Part shown: positions 14,395 through 51,052 of the stretch, piece by piece | Numbering within the stretch: the first letter of the stretch is position 1 | Layout of the letters: every line of letters starts with the position of its first letter | Source: Paraspadella gotoi | Lineage: Eukaryota; Animalia; Chaetognatha | DNA: 64,000 bases | Assembly (NCBI GenBank): GCA_051294375.1 | Contig: CM119270.1 | Span: forward strand, 4,782,152 to 4,846,151 | Reading direction: 5' to 3' | The notes under the pieces: model-generated | Told to the model about the DNA's origin: nothing | What the model saw: the letters and a program-made list of their open reading frames with translations, nothing else | Databases searched by the model: none | Program-made: the position numbers and the translations under genes

Positions 14395-15432
14395 CCATCT
14401 CTCTCCTCTCTCTTCGCACTTGCCTCGGTCCCCAGACTCCTCTCCTTCCTCTCTCCTTTCTTCCCTTCTTCTCCTTCTCCCCTGTCTCTTCTCTGTATCC
14501 TGCGCGGTTCAATTGAAATTCTTCTTCACAGATTTCAGAAGGAACTGAACAACGCGGATTTACGTTACCCTGAAACACGTTGGGGCAACTTGGTACGGGA
14601 CTTTAACTATCCTTCAAAACATATTAAGTTTTATTTACCTAAGGTTGTTTATTCATTATAATTTCATGAAAAAAAGTAAAAGTAAACGATAAACCCTTAA
14701 AAATCACCTGTATTAATGGTATTAAGTTGTAAATTCTTAGATTGGCCTCATTATTTATAATAAAATTCGTAATATTAATACTCATAACAAAAGCCTGTCC
14801 AAAGTCAGGGGCGAGATACTTATTTATTAAATGAATGGATAATTTTTATGATGCGTTAGTACCAATTTCATACGAATTATATTTCTTGTGATTTAAGTCC
14901 CCGATAAAGCGTTCTTTCATTAAAGTTTTTAAAAATGAAACAGATGACATCGCGTAATTTCACAGGAATCCCGTTTTGTGGTTTGAAATCTTGATAATTG
15001 AATTAAGACTGACAATCTAGGAATTTGATCAGGAGTGGTCATCATATCACAAGACTGAGACCATTTTGGTCATTACAGTGTTTGACTATACATCAATTAG
15101 TTCAGTTTCGTCAAAATTTACAACAAAGTAGACAATTTACTCCAACGTAAACAGATTTTTTTTTTTCATTTATATCCTCGCATGAAAAGAAAGAAACGCA
15201 ATGAAAGGCATCGACCGAAAGCTCGACTTCTAACGCGAATCTCGTATCCTTCGACTGGGAAGCGATAATTAATTCTCATTGAAAATAATCGAAAATTTCA
15301 ATTGAAGTCCTGAGAAAGTTCAGTCTTCTCATTTGGGAGAATAACGAATAAAAAGGATGACACATGATCCGTTCTTATTCTTTTTGACGCATATTCTCTC
15401 GATGTCTCTATCTCACTTTACTCTTCTCTCTT

Positions 15433-15474
<42 letters not shown>

Positions 15475-17764
15475 TCTTCTCTCTCTCTCTTCTTTCTTGC
15501 TCACTCCGTACTCTCGTTACAGGACGCGTTTTCCAGTTCGGATTTTTCCTCGCACGAACTCCGCCCAGTTACATTTTTTTCTCCTATTGAGTCTTGCTCT
15601 CTCTGTCTCTTCTCTCTCTCTCTCTGCTTTCTCTTCTCTCTCTCCTCTCTCCTCTCTCCTCTCTCCTCTCTTAGGAGTTCTTTTTAGGCACCTTATGCAA
15701 TTTCTTTCATCCTGTAAGTCCTTTCTGATTCTCCAATTTCAAATGTTTTGTCCAACTTATCTTGCTACGAAATCTTGATAAAAAAGTAGCACCCTTTTTT
15801 TTAGGCTTAATGACATTCTACTTTGTTCAGGGATGAATGTTATAAATAATAATCCAACGATAGCCTTCCATATTATTATTCCCTTTCAAGATTATTATTT
15901 AATCTTTGCTTAGTCATTGACTAGTTGCCTTACAACAGTGATCAACTTTTAATAAACAAACGACGTACGAATCAGATCTCTCCTCTCCTTTCCTCAGTTC
16001 TCCTCTGGCTCTCTCTCTCTCTCGTCTCTCTCTCTCTCATCGTCTCTTCCTCGTTCATCTCTCTCTCATCTCTCTCTCTCCTCTATCATTTCCCCATTCC
16101 GCCGACTGGGACACTCTCTCTTCGGCGCGAGGTGGTGGCACGCCGCCCCACAACTCAAAATCCACGTTACTGTCCATGTTCCATCGGGATGCGATAAAAT
16201 AGAGACTTTGGATTATGAATTAAATAAGTTTAAAGATATTTTTTGAGCTTGGTGCCGCATTAAACTTATTATTTATAGATTTTTCTTTAGCTTGACTGCG
16301 TAATTTGCAGTGGATGTCCAAAGCCAGGGGGAGAAACCCTATTTATTGACTGACTGTTACTAGTTTACAAATGTGAGATGTCCCAGAATTCATTAGAATC
16401 TCTGATTATAATTAACTTCTTTTAATTAATTTTTTTGGGGTTGACCCCATAATTTAAAGACTTGGATTATAGATTTAAACATTCTCAGCCTATTTTATCA
16501 TTGCCTCAATAAACAGTAAACAAACAACAGTAAAACAAACAATCCTGTAAATATATATAAAAAATGGGTCAACTCTCTCTCTCTCTCTCTCTCCCTCTCT
16601 CTCTCTCTCTGTCTCCTGTCTCTGTCTCTCTCTCTTTCTCTTTTTCTCTTCTCTCTCTCACTCGCTCTCTCTCTCTCTTCTCTACTCTCTTCGTCTTCTC
16701 TCTCTCCTCTCTCTCTCTTCGGATCTACTCTCTCTCATCTATCTCCTAAATTCTCCGTGCTCCCGTTGAAGTAAGAGAAAGGTGAGGCCTTAATTAACGA
16801 GTAGAGCCCTTTCCCTGATCGAGAATTCTTAAATCACTCGAGGAGAGAGAGAAGAGAGAAAGAGAGGAGAGAGAGAGGAGAGAGAGAGAGAGAGAGACTA
16901 AGAAGAAAAAAATCAAGATTTCAAAAGATACAGGAAGTAAGAGTCTTTTTGAATTTAATGAACTGTATAATACAATAAAAACATTGAGAGCTCGTTCGTA
17001 ACATTCGCTACGCCCAACTATATTCCTCAATAACCGGTTTCCACTGTACAACGGTCTCCGCGTTCAAACGAGCGCCAATAAATAAACTTTTTAAACGAAT
17101 TTACCCGGTTTTGCCCGACTCGAAGACGGACTGACGGACCTAAACTTTATCTTCTATCGGCCATCACGTCTTTTTTCAAAATGTTATGGCGGGGGCGGCG
17201 AAATGACAGAATAATATACTACGGAACGCAATAGAGACAGACGCGGCGGTATGAGAGTGCGAAGATGGCGCTCGATAATGAGAAGTGAAAAGATATGCCG
17301 CGATAGAGAGCCGAGACAAAGCAACATGAGAGAGATGAAGCAATAGAGAGCGAGATGATGCAATAGATAGCGAGGCACGCAATAGAGAGCGCAGAAGAAC
17401 CTAATAGAGAGAGAGAGAAGACGCAATAGAGAGGGAGACAACACGATAGAAGAGCGAGAACGACCTAACAGAGAGCAATAGAGAGCGAGATGGCGCAATA
17501 GAGAGAGATGAAAGCAATAGAAGAGCGAGATTGATGCTAAATAGATAAGCGAGACGATTATCAGTCATTGTAAGCAAGACAAGCAGTATTGATGAAGCAT
17601 GATGCCAGTCATATCTGTAAATGATGTCTAATATTCAACATGGATTGACGTTATTGTCGCTTACTTGTCAGAATCTCTGTCATCGTTACTATTTTTGTTT
17701 ATATGTTTGTTGTCGATAATATCACTCAGTGGGCAGTTTATTTATATAAAATTTCATCTAAACG
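9483..17764. repeat. Inverted triplication: Y(+) 9483-10262, X(+) 10309-12150, X(-) 12240-14169, X(+) 14552-16900, Y(-) 16920-17764; probable assembly artefact
   Basis: Copies differ mainly by 1-bp indels and are separated by 25-N gaps (10263-10287, 14170-14194). Confidence 0.85.
9683..9992. repeat. Degenerate minisatellite of about 20 bp (CTATTGCRTCRTCTCGCTCT)
   Basis: Roughly 15 diverged units; noisy inverted copy at about 17220-17555. Confidence 0.85.
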
Positions 17765-19367
17765 AAAGAAAGAAAGAAAGAAAAAAAGAAAGAAAGAACG
17801 AAAAAAAGAAAATTAAAATATAATCAGAAATAAGAAAAAAGAAATTTCCATCAACTTACCGCAAGAATCGAATTCTTGTGGTAAGTTATCCCGCATGAGA
17901 AGCGATTTCGTTGCAGGAATAAAATAAGGTGTGTTCACGTTTTTGCATTTTATAAGTTGTTTATAAATTGTTATTAGCCTTCGGGAAAAAGATCAAACCT
18001 CAGGTCCTTTTTGTTGAGTCTGATTAAATCTTACTTATTCAAAACTTTTACTCTAATTTTATACTTTTACGTGCGACATCGTGACTGAAATGTCAGACAG
18101 TCGTTTCATCGCCGCATATCTTTAAACCTTAAACCATCGAACCCTGTCCATGGACAAGATAGCTAATTAAATAAATGAGTTGATAATTTTATATTGGTTT
18201 TACCAATTTTGTAAGAAATGGTTTAAAAGAAGGATACTTCAAATCATAAGCAACTCGAGAAGAGTTTTAATGGAACTGTACCAAATTTCTCACATTCGGA
18301 CAACGATGTTCTTTTACTTCTCCCCATTCAAGATTCTCAATTACCCAAACAACTTCTGCCCTCAACCGTCGATTGAGTTCGATATTTTAGACAAAAGAAC
18401 AACAGGATGTCGCTTTCGACCGCAGAAAAAAAAAGTTTTAAAAAATTGGGTAAAAAGAAAAGAGAAAGAAGAATCATCTGAAGGAGAAGAGGATGACGAA
18501 AGAGGAGGAAGAGGAAGAGGTCATTGGAGAATAACGACGACGAGAGGAGGAAGAAGAGTCGGTCGGGGGAGAGAGAGAAAGAGAGAGAGAGAGTTAGAAA
18601 GAGAGAAAGAGGATAGAGAGAGGAAACATGAATCATGGCAGCTCTCGGTTCGCATCGAAGAGAGGAGATTAATCATGTTTATTTTTTTTTAAATATCGCT
18701 TTAAATCGTTATAAAAATCACCGCAATGAGCGTTTATAAACAAAACAACGTCGAACCGAAAGAGATTACGTGTTTAAACTGGCGCCCCCGGGACGAGCGC
18801 TGGACTGGAAAGCTCTCACCGAATGTGTATATATAGGATGAAAAAAAAACTGGAAATATGAAAATCTAGACAAACTAGACGTTCGCGTTTGAAGAGAACA
18901 GGGAGGTTCGAAAAAAAAAAATCTAGATTGAATCGTCTCGGGACAAAGGATACTAGAAATTTTTCAATCTTCTTCGATTTGAAATATACGACTTTTCAAA
19001 CTGAAATTTTTTTACGCATCTCTATTTTTAATCGACTGAAAAAAAATAATTTGAACTCTTGCCACTTGAATGTTAACTCGCGAATCTCCGATGTAAACAA
19101 ACTCAAAAATCACTTTTTCAAATTTGAAAGTGTAAATCTCTCACGTCGAAGATTTGGGAGGGGGGAATATAAATCTAGTCAGGAAATCTCTCGAATCTCT
19201 CTAAATCTATAAATCTAATCAAACACTATATATATATATATATAACTCTCGGATTCAAATCTCTCAAAACAATGAATTGAAAAAAAAAAAACAAAGAAGA
19301 AAAAAGAAATCCGGTTCGTCAACTCTCAACGACTCCAGTCCTCGGCGTTTCTCTCTTCTTCGTTGCC

Positions 19368-42611
<23,244 letters not shown>

Positions 42612-43298
42612 TCCTCGAGTTGTTTTTTTTTCCCGCAGTTTTTGTTGTTCCTGTCGTTGTTGTTGTCGTTAACAGCGTTCGTTTGGTTCTCGCTCTCATG
42701 AGTTTAGTTCAGTGTTACAATTTTCTGTTCTACACTTTCCATAAGTCCATCGGGTTCCCATCTCTCATCTCCCATTATGGCTCATTTACATGCCTTTAGC
42801 ATCCCATATTTTAACTTCCTTTGTTTGACATCTTTTAATTCTCACAAAATATCTTAATATTTCATAGCTCATGTCCCATTATCTTTCACCATCTTCCAGC
42901 TTTAGTGGAAAGCCCATCGTCAGATAAATTTATACAATCTCTAGATCTTTTTTAGAAAGTTTAGAAGTTTTAATTTGTTTATATCTTCTTCTAGATCTGT
43001 ATTTCTTTTTTTTGATAACCGGTGAAAGTCTGGTTTGTAATCCTCTCCCAACCCAAAAATCCTAATTTTCAACGACCTCCCTTTTTTTCTCTCACTTTCC
43101 GAACATGACAATTTTTTTGTGAGTTAAAATGATCACTAATTTTTCCACACGTTTTAATTTGTGTCTTATTTGTTTTTATGACGTAGCACGAACCAAAAGC
43201 GAACGATTTATTGTGGTTTTCCCCTTCGGCCTTTTTCACGTTGTACCTTTTACGGGTCGTCGTCACCTCTGTTCCGTTAAATAATTAAATATATATAC

Positions 43299-43314
43299 AA
43301 TAAAATACAATAAA
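43299..43314 (+). promoter_or_regulatory. Candidate PACS polyadenylation signals (two AATAAA)
   Basis: AATAAA at 43299 and 43309, about 700 nt after the stop codon. Confidence 0.5.
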
Positions 43315-43945
43315 ATAACAAAATATAAGATATCAAACTTTATTTATCGTGATTTTGGTGTAAAAAAGTCTGAATAATCTAATGGTAAAGAAGATTTATT
43401 TTGATAAAGTGCCATCTTTCTTGTGGGAAATGACAATTTTTTTTATCTTTAAATATATTAATAAAATTGGGTAAATTCTGTAGGGTAAAATAACATCAAA
43501 TTAATAAAAGTTTATAGAATTAAAATTCAACTTAAAAACATGAAAAAAGGTCCTATAAAAATATTCTAGTGAGCTTACTTTAAAATTTTTATTATTACTG
43601 AAAGCCAATAAGCTATATCCGTGGATAATTTTAAGCTAAAATTTTAAAATGATATATATTTAATTTTAAGAACGGATTGAATTCCTTACAGAAAATTGAT
43701 TTAAGTAAGTATAAGTTATTTTTAAAAATTTTGCTTTTAGGGTAGTCAAAATTGTAAAAAAACTTTACTTTTAAGCTGAAAATTGAAAAAAGGTACAATA
43801 AACTCAGTTTTTATTAATTTTGACAAGAAAGATGATATTATAGTAAAAAACTCGTCATCACCATTACATTCTTGGAACTTTTTTACAGTAAAATCGCGAT
43901 GAATGAAGTTTGATATTTGATATTTTGTTATCTTTAAATTCCCTA
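43312..43945. mobile_element. Degenerate palindromic element related to the 51466-52452 family
   Basis: Inverted arms ataacaaaatat..atatcaaactt / aagtttgatat..atattttgttat; right end ..CCCTA; shared gaattccttaca.aaa.ttgat motif. Confidence 0.6.
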
Positions 43946-45054
43946 ATATACATACTAGTCCTAAAACGCGACCTCTATCCGCTTCCCCTTTTATCCCCAC
44001 CGACCCTACGCGAGTGAGGGAGCGACGAAATTTTATCTAGGTCAAAATATATATTGATACATACATACATGTCGTTTTTACAGAGGACAATAAATCGTCA
44101 CTGTGATAGAAATTCTTTTTTTTTGCTTGTTGATCAAACATAATAAGTTTTTTGACTGTTTTAACACTTGAAATAACTTTTATACTTTTTGTGTAAGAAA
44201 CCTTTTACCATGGAGTGACCGTTGCATCATGTGAGAAATGGAGGGATTAATTGAGGGAGAGAGAGAGAGAGACGTGATGAAACCGTCAGTAGTAATACGA
44301 ATGGGGATTTGTACAGGAGAAATGACCAGGCTTGACCAGTGAGTTTTGTAGTACAATGGTGAGAGTGTGAAAATATTAATGTTGTGAATTGAAATTGCAG
44401 GAAAAGCTTGAGCCTATTTCTAATTTAAGGGTGGTTGGAGTACTACCATTGTTTATTTAAATTGGAATAGTTAGTGTAATTTGAAATGTGTCAGGTGGTT
44501 AATAATTTAAATTAGGTAAAATTGCTTGATCGTGTATGAAATTATAGCTTGTTTTAAGTACAACCATTGTTTATTTAAATTATACAAAATGTTGACAAAT
44601 TTAATGAGGTATAATTGCTCGACCCCATTTAAAATTATCGCTTGTTTGAAGTACTTCCATTGTTTTTTTTTAAATTTACGAAAAGGTTGTCAAATTAAAT
44701 TAGGTAAAAATGCTTAACCCCAGTAATAATAGTCAGGGAGTTTAAAGGTCATACGGGAGTATTGCGATTCTTGAGCGTTTAGAAAGCATTTGTGGTCTTG
44801 CGGGAAGGAGGAAGAGGAGGAAGGAGAGAGGAAAGGAGAAGGTGGAGAGCCAATGAGAGAAGGAGAGATAGGAAAGGAGAAGGAGGAGAGCCAATCAGAG
44901 AAGGTTGGTTATGTAAGGAGGAGGAGGAGAGCCAATCAGAGAAGGCTGGTTATGTAAAAATAAAAAAACATTTATATAAAAAAATAGCATGTATATTTAA
45001 AAGTTTATATATATTATTTATTTGTATATATATATATATAAAGAAACACAACTC

Positions 45055-45355
45055 TCACATGTCATCCAACTTTGTCATGTGATTCTTGAACTTGCCGAAC
45101 AAGCTCTCCTCTCCATTTTTCTTATTGAATGTCTTAAAAAAAGCCGCACATTGGAGACACTTAACAAAAAAAAAACAAAAAAACAAAAAAAAAAACATTG
45201 ATTTTATTTACTCATTTATTTATTCATTTATTAATTCATTTGTCAAGTTATTTTTGTTCACCAATCCTCTCGGAGTAGTCGGTTTCCGCCAACCTCTTCG
45301 AATCCCTCTTCCTCTTGCTTTATGATCTGATGTTCGAGGTCAAATCCAGGAAATG
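45055..45355 (-). pseudogene. Two-exon remnant of a diverged paralogue of the neighbouring unknown gene
   Basis: DLEHQIIKQEEEGFEEVGGNRLLREDW | CLQCAAFFKTF../..ESLFGKFKNHMTKLDDM* aligns by eye with ELERDLMQQEKEIFEECGG..KW | CLHQAAFLRTM..DILGPFENYVTKLSL*; frameshifted. Confidence 0.65.
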
Positions 45356-45395
45356 AAGACAAAGTCTTTTCAACGACGATTTGATTTTATTATGA

Positions 45396-45431
45396 CAGGG
45401 ACGTGTTTCGGCTTTCCTGCAAGCCTTCATC
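45396..45431 (-). ncRNA. 5'-truncated hammerhead remnant
   Basis: Minus strand: GAUGA-A-GGCUU(GCAGGA)AAGCC-GAAAC-AC-GUC-CCUG; lacks C3U4 and the stem I 5' strand. Confidence 0.5.
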
Positions 45432-45725
45432 TCTTTTACAATTGTTCATTTATATATATAGTTTATCCATTTATTCAGTTGATGTTTGCCGGTGTTTTTA
45501 CACTTCCAGTGTAAGAAATACAGGATCTTGCTAGGTTACCAACACGACACTCGGAAATGTGATGGGCGTATCAAGGTTTGAATTTATCCGTCGATGACTT
45601 TTCGGCGAACCTGATCTTGTTAATCGCAAAAAAAAAAAAGGAAAGAGAAAAAATTCAGAGTGTATAGATATATTATACTCAGTACGTATGTATAATTGAT
45701 ATTCATCTACATTTCTTGATAACAT

Positions 45726-48164
45726 TTATAAGGAAAGTTTGGTGACATAGTTCTCGAAGGGTCCAAGAATGTCATCACGCACCTCCATCGTTCGGAGAAA
45801 GGCTGCTTGGTGTAAGCACCTGATAATTTTCTTTATAAATTAATACCTTACTTAAAATGTTTATAATACATTCATTCATTTATTCATTCATTCTTTCATT
45901 TATTCATTCTTTTATACATTCATTTATCCTACCACTTCTCAGCATTGATCTCATGGCATCAACCTGCCGCCGCATTCTTCAAAGATTTCCTTTTCCTGTT
46001 GCATAAGATCCCGCTCCAACTCCCGAGCAGAGATCTTCTGCTTGCGTCGGTAATGCATGTGAAGGTAGCTTTGGATGGCGCGAAGGCACACGACCTTAGC
46101 CACTGGCTTATCGTCTGTCTCTATCAAATTATAATGAAGCCCTTTTGCACTTCCGATTTTTTTGATTACATTTTCCACCAAAGCTGCAGGGAGTCCCTGT
46201 TGGCGTACAATTAAAAATCCCAGCTAATGCTAAAGTTTTTGTCTTATGTTTAAAAAAAAATGCATTTCTTTTTGCGAACTCTCTAATCTGGGATAATTGA
46301 CCAGTTGAATCAGAGATACCAATGGATTCGGCTTTTGAAAATTCTAAAATATAATTTTCATGCCTACTAAGCTGAGGATTTGCTTGTAGTAGGCTTAAGA
46401 AGTAGAAAGGAGTCAGAGAGAGGGGATAAAAGATAGTGGATTTTCCCTTCTTCTTAGGTTACAAAGAATGTTTCTTTTTTCCTTCACGAATGAAGGCGAC
46501 AAGCGATTCATAAGTCGGGAAGGCGATGACTTTTACTAAGGAGATTTAGGTTAATTTGAGCCTTCATTGGATTTCTCTTCAAAAAATTTCTTCGTGACTC
46601 CGTATGTTTATTAATTTATATCTAGATGTTCATCATTTTTTATTAATCTTGTTTTTTTTCTGCTTTTTTTATTGCTCTCACTCTCTCATTAGCTAATTAA
46701 TTCTGAAAGGATAATGTCGAGCTGATTCGTTTCTAGGCTACAGGCCGGGACTTTCAAAATGCATCTTGTCTGCCCCCGAAAACCACCATACGCCAAAGAA
46801 TAAGACGATGCATTTGATCTCATGACTGCACCAAGAGGCAGCAAAAAGAAAAACCCAGTGGCACCCTACCTGAAAAAATGTTCTTATTATTTTTTTCTTT
46901 CACAAAAAAATTTATGCTTGCCCTCAGGCTATTATTTTCAACGCCCGCTTATTTTGTTACATGAACGGTTTAAGGCTGAATAACTTTGACATTGACAAAT
47001 CTAACTTTTGATTCATTTGAATAACTAATTTTTTTTTTACATTGAAATATTATAATCAACAGATTTTTTTTGACAAAAGTTCAAATAACAAGACAAAAAC
47101 TCGCTTTCAAATTATCATTTGTACTCGAATTACAGAGCTTGCCGTCTCAGAATTTCTAGACGAATGCTACTGTACATTCTAAAATCGTCATCCGGTCGTG
47201 ATCTAAACCCTCCTTCGTGTCTAAAAACGCTCTGCCAATAAAATTTATTCTGACAGGGATTCTTTGAATCAAAACCTATGTCACAATTCCCGCGATTCGG
47301 ATCGATAATAAATGAAAAGTTTGTAAGATCATTTGAATTAACAGTAGTTGCGGATGCAACGGCCAAAATTGATTTAACCACTTCTCAATCTGTGCTTAGG
47401 AACAAGTTGTCATTACGTTTCCAATTGTAACTCGGATGGAAAATTGGAAGTCGAAGGGGCGCCGAATATGTCTCTTCCCAAATCTATTTTCAATCTGTAC
47501 CATTCTATGTCTGGCAAAGTAAGCGTAATGCCTCAACGTTGTGAGAGGCAAAACATCCAACTTATCAACACCAGCTAAGCTTATGCATGCATATACGTCA
47601 TTTGTTATCTCGTAACTTCAAATGTGGGGAATCCAACAATTCGCGGAGTGCGTTGATTTAAAAAAATCCTGAATCCATTAAGTAGTGCTTTAGAACACCT
47701 ATAAACCATCCATGTGTCTCTCCATACTGGTATCCCAAACCAATAAGATATGACTTCACGTCTTCCAGCTTAAAAGCTTGTCTAACCAGCTCTTTGACAA
47801 GCTCAGGATTCTTTGATTGTAGTTTAGAAATGATTTCACTAATCTTGTCCAAGTATTCACTTTCGGTATCATCACCCTTATACTTGTGCTCTTTATCTAC
47901 AAATCTTTTGAATCGATCAAGACCCTCATCATTCAACTCAATGCACAATTTGCATGTTTTAACATTATCTTTATCTAAATATTGTATAAATTTTTCTGAA
48001 GTGATTTCCTTATCAATTACAGTAATTCCATACTAAATTTTACTTTTTTTTTCCAAAGACTGACAATCGCGTAAATCTTCCCTAAAAGATGTAACAAATG
48101 TTTGATTTACAGTAGAAGAAAACCCTTAATGTTCTCCAGTTGGTTCATCAATTGTTATTTTGAA
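45726..48164 (-). pseudogene. Unidentified spliced gene, paralogue A (exon-like blocks 45726-45819, 45933-46869, 47130->48164), disrupted
   Basis: Protein-like ORF fragments bounded by GT-AG sites; in-frame stops shared between copies (e.g. GEH*GF, STD*EV). Confidence 0.6.
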
Positions 48165-48189
48165 NNNNNNNNNNNNNNNNNNNNNNNNN

Positions 48190-50440
48190 ATTTTTGATTA
48201 CATTTTCCACCAAAGCTGCAGGGAGTCCCTGTTGGCGTACAATTAAAAATCCCAGCTAATGCTAAAGTTTTTGTCTTATGTTTAAAAAAAAATGCATTTT
48301 CTTTTGCGAACTCTCTAATCTGGGATAATGATGCCAGTTGAATCAGAGAATACAATGGATTCGGCTTTTGAAAATTCTAAAATATAATTTTCATGCCTAC
48401 TAAGCTGAGGATTTGCTTGTAGTAGGCTTAAGAAGTAGAAAGGAGTCAGAGAGAGGGGATAAAAGATAGTGGATTTTCCCTTCTTCTTAGGTTACAAAGA
48501 ATGTTTCTTTTTTCCTTCACGAATGAAGGCGACAAGCGATTATAAGTCCGGGAAGGCGATGACTTTTACTAAGGAGATTTAGGTTAATTTGAGCCTTCAT
48601 TGGATTCTCTTCAAAATTTCTTCGTGACTCCGTATGTTTATTAATTTATATCTAGATGTTCATCATTTTTTATTAATCTTGTTTTTTTTTCTGCTTTTTT
48701 ATTGCTCTCACTCTCTCATTAGCTAATTAATTCTGAAAGATAATGTCGAGCTGATTCGTTTCTAGGCTACAGGCCGGGACTTTCAAAATGCATCTTGTCT
48801 GCCCCGGAAAACCACCATACGCCAAAGAATAAGACGATGCATTTGATCTCATGACTGCACCAAGAGGCAGCAAAAAGAAAACCCAGTGGCACCCTACCTG
48901 AAAAAATGTTCTTATTATTTTTTTCTTCACAAAAAAATTTATGCTTGCCCTCAGGCTATTATTTTCACGCCCTTATTTTGTTACATAACGGTTTAAGGCT
49001 GAATAACTTTGACATTGACAAATCTAACTTTTGATTCATTTGAATAACTAATTTTTTTTTTACATTGAAATATTATAATCAACAGATTTTTTTTTGACAA
49101 AAAGTTCAAATTAACAAGACAAAACTGCTTTCAAATTATCATTTGTACTCGAATTACAGAGCTTGCCGTCTCAGAATTTCTAGACGAATGCTACTGTACA
49201 TTCTAAAACCGTCATCCGGTCGTGATCTAAACCCTCCTTCGTGTCTAAAAACGCTCTGCCAATAAAATTTATTCTGACAGGGATTCTTTGAATCAAAACC
49301 TATGTCACAATTCCCGCGATTCGGATCGATAATAAATGAAAAGTTTGTAAGATCTTTGAATTAACAGTATTTGCGGATGCAACGGCCAAAATTGATTTAA
49401 CCACTTCTCAATCTGTGCTTAGGAACAAGTTGTCATTACGTTTCCAATTGTAACTCGGATGGAAAATTGGAAGTCGAAGGGGGCGCCGAATATGTCTCTT
49501 CCCAAATCTATTTTCAATCTGTACCATTCTATGTCTGGCAAAGTAAGCGTAATGCCTCAACGTTGTGAGAGGCAAAACATCCAACTTATCAACACCAGCT
49601 ATGCATGCATAACGTCATTTTGTTATTCGTAACTTCAAATGTGGGAAATCCAACAATTCGCGGAGTGCGTGATTTAAAAAAATCTGAATCCATTAAGTAG
49701 TGCTTTAGAACACCTATAAACCATCCATGTGTCTCTCCATACTGGTATCCCGACCAATAAGATATGACTTCACGTCTTCCAGCTTAAAAGCTTGTCTAAC
49801 CAGCTCTTTGACAAGCTCAGGATTCTTTGATTGTAGTTTAGAAATGATTTCACTAATCTTGTCCAAGTATTCACTTTCGGTATCATCACCCTTATACTTG
49901 TGCTCTTTATCTACAAATCTTTTGAATCGATCAAGACCCTCATCATTCAACTCAATGCACAATTTGCATGTTTTAATTATCTTTATCTAAATATTGTATA
50001 AATTTTTCTGAAGTGATTTCCTTATCAATTACAGTAATTCCATACTAAATTTTACTTTTTTTTTCCAAAGACTGACAATCGCGTAAATCTTCCCTAAAAG
50101 ATGTAACAATGTTTGATTTACAGTAGAAAGAAAACCCTTAATGTTCTCCAGTTGGTTCATCAATTGTTATTTTGAAATCTTTGTCTCTACGAAGAAATCA
50201 CCGTAGGTTGTAGATGAAATCAGAAGCAATACTAGGATTGCTCTAACCATGATGTTTGTTGACAAAGCTCGCCTCTATGATAAACAAATAAACCATGATA
50301 AAAAAATTAATCCACTCTTTCAATATTCCCCACCCTCGCCATCTCCCCCCTTACCCCCCTCCACCTTCTTTCCATTGCCAAATAAAGCACAAAGAATTGA
50401 TAGATCAAGAAATCGAGAACAAAAAATTAGTGCATTGAAG
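48190..50440 (-). pseudogene. Second read-out of paralogue A after a 25-N gap (probable artefactual duplication); includes acceptor at 50275-50276
   Basis: Near-identical to 46158-48164 except for indels. Confidence 0.55.
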
Positions 50441-50792
50441 GAATGAGAAAAATAAAACTGAAGATAGAAAATTAAAAAAAAAAAAACATTTAAATGAATA
50501 AATAAAAAGAAATTTGATAAGTAAACCGAAGACAGTTTGCTTTAAAAGTAAGAATAGAGAAATTAATTATACCAAACAAATAAAACGGTCAAACTGTGTA
50601 GAATGGGGAAAATAAAATAAATAGAAAATCTAGAAAAAAAAACAATTTTTTTGGGGGAAATTAACCACAAAAAAATTTATAAGCTCAGAAAACTGAACAA
50701 AATTTAAATCAAGGATAAAAACTTTAAAAAACTTAAACTTAGACGCTTCTAAAGAGACAAACTAAATTAAACCATGACGAACTAAAACTTAC

Positions 50793-51052
50793 ATGAGTTT
50801 CTGTGAGGGTAGTCGACCATCGCAGCGGCCGCCATGCTGGCTGCCAGCTAGGATCCAGCGAAGATTTTGGTTGGCCGTCGCTCCGCTTGTACTGCCTCGG
50901 CGACGACCTGCACCGGCTGCCCATCTCGTGAGATGATGATATATTCGCCGGGCGAGACACGTGAAAATAATGCAGGTTGCCTGCCACGCCGCTCCATCGG
51001 CGACCGCTGAGGCGGCCCAGTGTAACTGGATCCATAGTTCAATTCCTAAAGG
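50793..51052 (-). pseudogene. Isolated GC-rich exon-like segment
   Basis: Minus-strand acceptor tttgttgtag and donor cat|gtaagt; frame GEYIIISRDGQPVQVVAEAVQ.. has an internal TAG, while another frame (MDPVTLG..) stays open to the donor. Confidence 0.35.

Noticed and set aside
17853-17887. 35-bp palindrome with GTAAGT donors on both strands
   Set aside because: Too short and isolated to interpret; no partner exon identified.
18180-18692. 170-aa ORF upstream of PACS
   Set aside because: Non-ATG start, purine-rich low complexity and a dispersed-repeat fragment; no splice link to exon 1.
47130-48164. Transposase or viral identity for the repeated ORF fragments
   Set aside because: No DDE, RT, helicase or capsid motif recognised and no terminal repeats found around the unit; left as unknown.
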